From: a virus
IMG/VR virus record: IMGVR_UViG_3300044716_000973
Coordinates: 1-64,000 of that record
Length of the DNA: 64,000 nucleotides
Reading direction: 5' to 3' (one strand)
The notes below the pieces were generated by a model. The model did not search any database and was not told where the DNA came from. It saw only the letters and a list, made by a program, of their open reading frames with translations. Positions 18,252-24,316 of the stretch are shown here, piece after piece (position 1 is the stretch's first letter; every line of letters begins with the position of its first letter). A program made the position numbers and the translations under genes.

Positions 18252-18692
18252 ATGAAGAAGTTTATTGCACTAGCGCTTATCGCCCTAGCCACCACTCCAG
18301 CTATTGCTCAGAAGACACCAGTTGGTGTTACCTATGACACCACTATTGTCCGTGCCATTGATGGTGATACAATTGTTGTTACCGCGCCATATCTTCCAGC
18401 GCCACTGAAGCCTGAGCTGGGTGTTCGTATCTTTGGTGTCGACACTCCAGAGAAAAGCTTCCGCGCTAAATGTGAAAGCGAAAAGAAGCGTGGTGAGCAA
18501 GCTTCTGTCTTTACAAAAGACGTAATTGCTGCGACAAAGAAGCACCAGGTTGTTCTATACGATTGGGACAAGTTTGGTGGCCGTATTCTTGGCGATATCT
18601 TGCTTGATGGTATGAGCCTTCGTGATCTGCTTATCAAGAATGGTTTTGCTCGTGAATATTATGGCGACGCAAAGCAATCTTGGTGCAATTAA
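18252..18692 (+). CDS. Thermonuclease (SNase-like) with signal peptide
   Basis: IDGDT, RIFGVDTPE, DKFGGRILG, LIKNGFAREY; N-terminal MKKFIALALIALATTPAIA. Confidence 0.92.
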   Translation: MKKFIALALIALATTPAIAQKTPVGVTYDTTIVRAIDGDTIVVTAPYLPAPLKPELGVRIFGVDTPEKSFRAKCESEKKRGEQASVFTKDVIAATKKHQVVLYDWDKFGGRILGDILLDGMSLRDLLIKNGFAREYYGDAKQSWCN

Positions 18693-18695
18693 TGG

Positions 18696-18726
18696 TTGAC
18701 ATTTAAATCAATCTAGTATATAAATA
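18696..18726 (+). promoter_or_regulatory. Composite sigma70 and T4-late promoter for the tmRNA
   Basis: TTGACA (18696)-N17-TATAAATA (18719-18726). Confidence 0.8.
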
Positions 18727-18730
18727 GAAT

Positions 18731-19084
18731 ATCAGTTGTTGACAATCAACAATAAAGGTTCCGAGGACGCGGGGGCAGTACCCGCCACCTCCACCATAGA
18801 CACTCTGGGCCGAATACACACCGGCTAATAAAAGTTTCGATTACTATTGCTGAAATCCGGGCAATAGAATAGGCAGAGTTTGGAATCGCAGGTACTCTCT
18901 AGCCAGAGTGTCTATGATGGGGGTGAACTAGGATCGACTGGGATGGAATAGGGCGGTTCGAGACTGATTGATTGGCAAAGTGCCACTAAACGTAAATGCA
19001 AACGATAACAACGCATATGAAGGTCTTGCACTAGCTGCATGATTTTTCGGGGGATGGGTTCCACCTAGCAACAGAACGGGCCCA
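18731..19084 (+). ncRNA. ssrA: Circularly permuted (two-piece) tmRNA, alphaproteobacterial type
   Basis: Acceptor piece first: T-arm GCGGG-GGCAGTA-CCCGC (18769-18785), then CACCTCC-ACCA (18786-18796). Coding piece starts GGGGGTG (18919), giving G3.U70, then AACTAGGATCGAC. Tag frame 18998-19042 = ANDNNAYEGLALAA*. Outer ends approximate. Confidence 0.95.
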
Positions 19085-19121
19085 CACATACCACGAGTTG
19101 TTCTAGAAACACCACGAGTGG

Positions 19122-19152
19122 TTGACATTTATAGATCTATGGTGTATAAATA
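19122..19152 (+). promoter_or_regulatory. Composite sigma70 and T4-late promoter
   Basis: TTGACA (19122)-N17-TATAAATA (19145-19152); same design as the tmRNA promoter. Confidence 0.8.
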
Positions 19153-19156
19153 AAAT

Positions 19157-19412
19157 ATCGCAACGGAGGTTGGAACCTCCATTGACTCTTACAAAGCTTC
19201 AAGTCTTAGGGCTATAGAAAGCGGAATTATCTAACATCTCAGATGCACAATAATTCCACCGACGAAACCATAATGATTTTGCATTTCCAGTAAGAGGGAA
19301 ATGGATGGAAGATACCTTCGTTATTTCTTTTTGTATCTTCTCATAGCGACAGAAAAACTATAGGCTGAGATGCCTGCAAAGTAGTCTCTGTTTGCCAAAG
19401 TCATTTAAGATT
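19157..19412 (+). ncRNA. Candidate structured RNA or long leader of unknown family
   Basis: ~255 nt with no long + strand ORF; five hairpins and several loop-loop complementarities found by eye (see findings). Confidence 0.6.
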
Positions 19413-19423
19413 AGAGGATACAA

Positions 19424-20002
19424 ATGAAACTTTTCGAAAATAGAAAAGATTTCCCGTACCTGCGCTGGGCTGAAGGATTCTGCCTTGGTCTTGCTCTTGC
19501 TGCAGGTGCAGCAGTTGCAATGCCAACTAAGGAACCAGAAGTCAAGATTGTTAAGGTGCCTGAAGTCAAGGTAATCGAAAAAGAAGTTATCGTAAAAAAG
19601 CCAGTTTATCTGAGCGCTAACGATAAAAAACAAATCCAATGCATGGCCGAGAATACCTACTTCGAAGCAGGCCATGAACCCTACAAAGGTAGGATTGCGG
19701 TTAACAATGTTGTGTTAAACCGCGTCAAAGATGATAGATTCCCAAAAACACCATGCGGAGTAATTAACCAAAAAGCTCGAGGCGTATGCCAATTTTCATG
19801 GAAGTGTGAGGGAGGAAAGCGAATTCGTGACGGTGTAGCTTTCGCAAAAGCAAAAGAAATCGCCGAACACGTGTACCTAGGAAATTACGGTGACGTAACT
19901 AAAGGTGCAAAGTTCTACCACGCCGACTACGTAAGTCCTCGTTGGGGTAGAGTCTTTGATCGTACAACTAAGATTGGTGCACATATTTTTTATAGAGGAT
20001 GA
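19424..20002 (+). CDS. SleB-like cell wall hydrolase (Hydrolase_2) with N-terminal membrane anchor
   Basis: CMAENTYFEA, AVNNVVLNRV, FPKTPCGVI, CQFSW, GAKFYHADYVSPRW, IGAHIFY. Confidence 0.93.
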   Translation: MKLFENRKDFPYLRWAEGFCLGLALAAGAAVAMPTKEPEVKIVKVPEVKVIEKEVIVKKPVYLSANDKKQIQCMAENTYFEAGHEPYKGRIAVNNVVLNRVKDDRFPKTPCGVINQKARGVCQFSWKCEGGKRIRDGVAFAKAKEIAEHVYLGNYGDVTKGAKFYHADYVSPRWGRVFDRTTKIGAHIFYRG

Positions 20003-20008
20003 TTTATT

Positions 20009-20254
20009 ATGGTGGACGACGTTATCTTTCAAAAGACTATGTCTAATGAAAAGTTTATTAAAGAGATTGAAAATCTTGTGAAGACGTATAATTTAGATTA
20101 CATGGATGCCGTCGTCCACCTTTGTGAAAAGAATAATATTGAAATTGAGGCTGCTGCTTCAATTATCAAGAATAATATTAAAATCAAATCAAAACTTCAG
20201 TCTGCTGCTGAAGATCTTAACTATCTTCCTAAGACAGCCCGACTGCCAGTATGA
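20009..20254 (+). CDS. gp33: Late transcription coactivator gp33
   Basis: FIKEIE, YMDAVVHLCEKNNIEIE, LNYLPK; 33-59-32 synteny. Confidence 0.9.
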   Translation: MVDDVIFQKTMSNEKFIKEIENLVKTYNLDYMDAVVHLCEKNNIEIEAAASIIKNNIKIKSKLQSAAEDLNYLPKTARLPV

Positions 20255-20829
20255 CGCCGTTCGAGTCTTATAAGACTTTCCTTGCGGTCAAAAGCCACTT
20301 TACCAGTGATAGTTATGATTACATTAAGTACAATGGTAAAGTGAATGCAAGTTCTACGAGCTTCGAGACTCGTAAAGATAAGTACCAATTTTACAAACTC
20401 TCTAAACATAAGAACCCACTTCAGTATCTGGTTGCCAACTTTGTTGATGGTGACTTGAAATGGATTGGCGATTTGTTTGATGATAAGTCTGAAAAGCTCT
20501 ATGCTGACTGGCTCAAGCGACAACAATCTCTTTCGTATATTTTTGAGCAAGACCTAAATAAACTGTTGACAGATTTTGACGATAATGTTATTGTAAAGAA
20601 TGGGCAACACCCATATTTACTTAAACAATACTTACGTAGAGAAATCTCGATTGAGACTATTATTATTCTAAATGATATTCTTGGTTTCTTTGGCCACTGG
20701 AATAAGAAGATTGAAGATGGTGTTCTCTGGCCGAACATATATAAAAAGCTAAGTAAGTATAAACCATTCTTTCATTATGACATGTTTAAGTGTCGTAAAA
20801 TACTGAAAGACAAATTTGCAGGTGATTGA
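20251..20829 (+). CDS. gp59: Helicase loader gp59
   Basis: HFTSDSYDYIKYNGK, RKDKYQFYKLS, ISIETIIIL, KYKPF. Confidence 0.92.
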   Translation: MTPFESYKTFLAVKSHFTSDSYDYIKYNGKVNASSTSFETRKDKYQFYKLSKHKNPLQYLVANFVDGDLKWIGDLFDDKSEKLYADWLKRQQSLSYIFEQDLNKLLTDFDDNVIVKNGQHPYLLKQYLRREISIETIIILNDILGFFGHWNKKIEDGVLWPNIYKKLSKYKPFFHYDMFKCRKILKDKFAGD

Positions 20830-21710
20830 TGTCTGAATATTTTCGTTACTCTACTGAGCCGGCTAATCCGGCAATGACTGCTCAAGCTCCTCTAGCTTCT
20901 TCCAAAGAAACATTTGAAAAGATGATGGCTGCCAAGCAAGTAAATGATGGCAACTATTGGAATGTGATGTGTGAAGTGTTTGCTGAGGATTTTGAGAATC
21001 TTCCTAAAGAACGCTTTAAGGTCTGGGCATCTGTGATGTCAGTTCCTTTTATGACTCGAGCTCGATTCTTCGATTACTTTGCTGCAGTCCTTCCAGCTGC
21101 GAAAGAAGATCGTCGAATTCGTTACGCACTCGAAGATCCCGATGTAGGGATTACCGAACAAGATCGTGGTATCTATAATCTGTTCGAAGACTTTACAACC
21201 TCAATGAATCGTATCCAACATATGGCTCACCTTGTTTTGAACAAGTGGACTCCAGAAGATCTGGCAAAGCTGGATACGATTGTAGAACTTGGCGGCGGCA
21301 TTGGCGACATGGCTGATATCGTCTACAAGCTCGGCTTCAAAGGCAAGTACGTAATTTACGATTTTGCTGAAGTCGGTGCAGTTCAGAAGTGGTATCACGA
21401 TCAGTTAGGACATACCAACATCGTACATACTTCTGATGTGAATGATCTGTTTGATGCAGATCTTATGATTGGTACTTGGTCATTCACCGAGATGCCAGTC
21501 GACCTTCGTAATGATATCATGTCAAAGATCGGCCAAACAAAAAATTGGCTAATTGCATATTCTAATGAGATCTTTGGTATCGATAATGATAAATACATAC
21601 GAGAGGAATTTGTCCCACGTTTTACCAACCATGATATCGAATATTCTGATATTCCATTCATGCCTTGGGATGGCGGGGCTAAATATCTCTCAATTAAATA
21701 TAACGACTAA
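20826..21710 (+). CDS. SAM-dependent methyltransferase, putative sugar O-methyltransferase type
   Basis: IVELGGGIGDMA motif I, YVIYDFAEV..VQKWY, TWSFTEMP. Confidence 0.75.
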   Translation: MMSEYFRYSTEPANPAMTAQAPLASSKETFEKMMAAKQVNDGNYWNVMCEVFAEDFENLPKERFKVWASVMSVPFMTRARFFDYFAAVLPAAKEDRRIRYALEDPDVGITEQDRGIYNLFEDFTTSMNRIQHMAHLVLNKWTPEDLAKLDTIVELGGGIGDMADIVYKLGFKGKYVIYDFAEVGAVQKWYHDQLGHTNIVHTSDVNDLFDADLMIGTWSFTEMPVDLRNDIMSKIGQTKNWLIAYSNEIFGIDNDKYIREEFVPRFTNHDIEYSDIPFMPWDGGAKYLSIKYND

Positions 21711-21745
21711 TATAACGTACACAACGACATACAAGGAGAATAATT

Positions 21746-22651
21746 ATGTCTTTCGCTGATCTCAAGCGCTCGTCTGCTACCTCATTTGAAAAGCTCACCA
21801 AGGAGCTTCAGAAGCAGACCACTACCTTCGACCGTTCCGACGATGACAAGTATTGGAAGCCTACATTGGACAAGGCTGAAAATGGCTACGCTGTTATTCG
21901 TTTCCTTCCTGCACCGGGCGGTGAAGATCTTCCTTTTGTTCGTATCTGGGACCATGGCTTTAAAGGCCCAACCGGTCTTTGGTATATCGAGAAGTCGCTG
22001 ACGACTCTTGGTAAGCCAGATCCTGTTTCTGAGCACAACTCTGTTCTCTGGAATACTGGTCTGGAATCGGACAAGGAAAAGGCACGTGACCAGAAGCGTC
22101 GCCTGTCTTACATCTCAAACATCTACGTTGTTAGCGATCCTGGTAATCGTGACAACGAAGGTAAGGTCTTCCTGTACAAGTATGGCAAGAAGATCTTTGA
22201 CAAGTTGAACGACCTGATGAACCCTCAATTTCAGGACGAACAACCAGTAAATCCGTTCGATCTTTGGACGGGTGCTAACTTCAAGCTCAAGATTCGTAAG
22301 GTTGAGGGTTACCGCAACTACGATAAGTCTGAATTCGACTCTCCCGCACCACTGCTCGATGATGACGCTGAACTTGAAGCGGTATACAAGCAGGAGCATT
22401 CGCTCCAGGATCTTGTAGATCCAAAGCACTTTAAGTCTTATGATGAGCTAAAGACTCGTCTCAACAATGTTCTGGGTCTTAATGCCGCTCCGGCAAAGAT
22501 TCGTGGTGTTGAACTTGACGAGGAAGAGTACAAGGCTCCGGCCCCAGTCTTCCAGGCAGCTGCTGCTCCAGCCGCTCCTGTTGCTTCGGCAGGCGTCGAT
22601 GATGACGACGAGGATCTGGCTTTCTTCAAGCGACTTGCTGACGAAGATTGA
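21746..22651 (+). CDS. gp32: Single-stranded DNA-binding protein gp32
   Basis: GYAVIRFLP, WYIEKSLTT, YKYGKKIFDK, GANFKLKI, NYDKSEF, acidic tail. Confidence 0.98.
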   Translation: MSFADLKRSSATSFEKLTKELQKQTTTFDRSDDDKYWKPTLDKAENGYAVIRFLPAPGGEDLPFVRIWDHGFKGPTGLWYIEKSLTTLGKPDPVSEHNSVLWNTGLESDKEKARDQKRRLSYISNIYVVSDPGNRDNEGKVFLYKYGKKIFDKLNDLMNPQFQDEQPVNPFDLWTGANFKLKIRKVEGYRNYDKSEFDSPAPLLDDDAELEAVYKQEHSLQDLVDPKHFKSYDELKTRLNNVLGLNAAPAKIRGVELDEEEYKAPAPVFQAAAAPAAPVASAGVDDDDEDLAFFKRLADED

Positions 22652-22658
22652 TCGGTGG

Positions 22659-22689
22659 GAAAGGGGGCCTTCGGGTCCCCTTTCTTTTT
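22659..22689. terminator. Intrinsic terminator with C(UUCG)G tetraloop between convergent genes
   Basis: GAAAGGGGGCC-TTCG-GGTCCCCTTTC-TTTTT. Confidence 0.92.
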
Positions 22690-24316
22690 ATGCCGCTTTC
22701 ATTGGTGTATTGGTTTCTTTATAACCAAATCGGCTAAGGTAGTATTGAACACTATTTCTATCAACCATGGTTGGTAAATTTTCAACTACTGATGAACCAG
22801 CCGCACTAATATTTGGTGGTGATACTACAGGAGGCGGTGTAGGTTTACTTGCATCGTCTTTTATTTTAGCAATTGCCGCAGTTTGCGTAGCAGCTTCATT
22901 TGATATCATTTGTGCAAAATTTGGTGCAGCAGTTGTTAAGCTTCGTGCCATGCCCGGACCAACAACTTTTCCACCAACAGTTCCGATAAACTCTGCTATA
23001 TTTGTAAAAGTATCATCAACTTTTCTTTTTGCAGTTCCTATTACATTCTCTACCATCGATTGCTGTTGACTACCTTCTCCTTGTTCTGGAGAAAGTCCTG
23101 GTCCTTTAAATTCAAAATGTCCGCCGTGACTACCCGCGTATTTTAGTTCGGCCCAACCATATTTGTGCCCATGTTTTTTTATCCATGCATTTGATTCTCC
23201 ATGGATATCCATTGCAATGCCAGATAAATGAAGGGAAGCTGCTGCTGGCTTATAACCCTTTTTTTTCATTTCTTCTTGATATGCACGGGTTCTTTTGCTG
23301 CTAGTAACGTCGCTAGGTTTTACTACACCATTCGAATCTATCATCATTTTATAAAAAGCTTCGGCGCCTTCTTTACTAAACACAACAGGTCGACCCTGCT
23401 GGTCATTACCGCCTGCTATTCCCCAACCTTCACCAGTATTTGGGTGATTGACTTTGATTATTTTGCTTGCTGGTTTTTGTTGTTTAGCAGCATTTGGATC
23501 TGGCTTTCCACCGGCCCATGTAGGTGCGTTGCGTTCCCACCAAGATCTGTCATCTTTTACAGTCAGTGTTTTCTGTGATTCTTTTGCCGGTGGTGTAGCC
23601 GGAGTTATTGGGGTGCGAGTGCCTGCTTCTGCTTGTTCACGTAAAGAAGGTGTTGGCTGTTCTGGAGCTGGTGGAACAGGTGTAGCATCTGTCTTTGGTG
23701 GAGGTGGAGAATATACTGGAGCAGCTTCTGCTTGTTCGCGCAACGGTGCACCAGGTTTTACAGGAGAACTGCTTTCTGAACTACTATCAGGAGTTTCTTC
23801 TGGAACATCGTCTGGGAAAAAACCATTAAAAAAATCTGTAATTTGTGTTACTGTATCAGAAATAAAAGTTGCGGTCTTTAGTGTAAAGTCTACCATTCCT
23901 GTAATGAAGTTCATTACTGGATCATATGCTAACAAACCAAGACCAAGAAGACCGAGCATGCCAAGGCCGCTGCCTGTTGACGGCGATTGAACTCTCTTGG
24001 CGTCCTTATTTTGTTCTAATTGATTTTGGCGTTCTATTCTGTCTTCTTGAGCATCTAACTTGCTATTTTGATACGCAATCTTTTGATTGTTAAGCTTTTG
24101 CTTAAAAAGATTGTCCATTATAGAAAGTTGATCTAAAGCGGCTATAAGCTTTTTAGAATTTAATTCTGGTTTTTTGTCAGGAACGGCGTTATCATTTGCA
24201 ACGGCTTTATTTGCGTTTTTAATATCACTTTCGTTCAATAGAACAGAACCAACAATACCAAAAGACTTGGCAGTATTGGTTGTATCAATAGCGGTAATAA
24301 GAACTTTTAATGCCAT
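22688..24316 (-). CDS. Tape-measure/hub-like virion protein with M15-type zinc peptidase domain
   Basis: Coiled coil, hydrophobic segment, Pro-rich linker, then SKRT...SLHLSGIAMDI...HGGHFEF. Confidence 0.7.
   Translation of the reverse strand: MALKVLITAIDTTNTAKSFGIVGSVLLNESDIKNANKAVANDNAVPDKKPELNSKKLIAALDQLSIMDNLFKQKLNNQKIAYQNSKLDAQEDRIERQNQLEQNKDAKRVQSPSTGSGLGMLGLLGLGLLAYDPVMNFITGMVDFTLKTATFISDTVTQITDFFNGFFPDDVPEETPDSSSESSSPVKPGAPLREQAEAAPVYSPPPPKTDATPVPPAPEQPTPSLREQAEAGTRTPITPATPPAKESQKTLTVKDDRSWWERNAPTWAGGKPDPNAAKQQKPASKIIKVNHPNTGEGWGIAGGNDQQGRPVVFSKEGAEAFYKMMIDSNGVVKPSDVTSSKRTRAYQEEMKKKGYKPAAASLHLSGIAMDIHGESNAWIKKHGHKYGWAELKYAGSHGGHFEFKGPGLSPEQGEGSQQQSMVENVIGTAKRKVDDTFTNIAEFIGTVGGKVVGPGMARSLTTAAPNFAQMISNEAATQTAAIAKIKDDASKPTPPPVVSPPNISAAGSSVVENLPTMVDRNSVQYYLSRFGYKETNTPMKAA

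Noticed and set aside
18757-18796. Stand-alone tRNA gene
   Set aside because: Only a T-arm and 3' acceptor strand with CCA; no anticodon arm. It is the acceptor piece of the permuted tmRNA.
19157-19412. Group I intron, RNase P RNA or hammerhead ribozyme
   Set aside because: I could not find the ordered P7 elements, the RNase P GAGGAAAGUCC signature or a CUGANGA/GAAA core; left as unknown.
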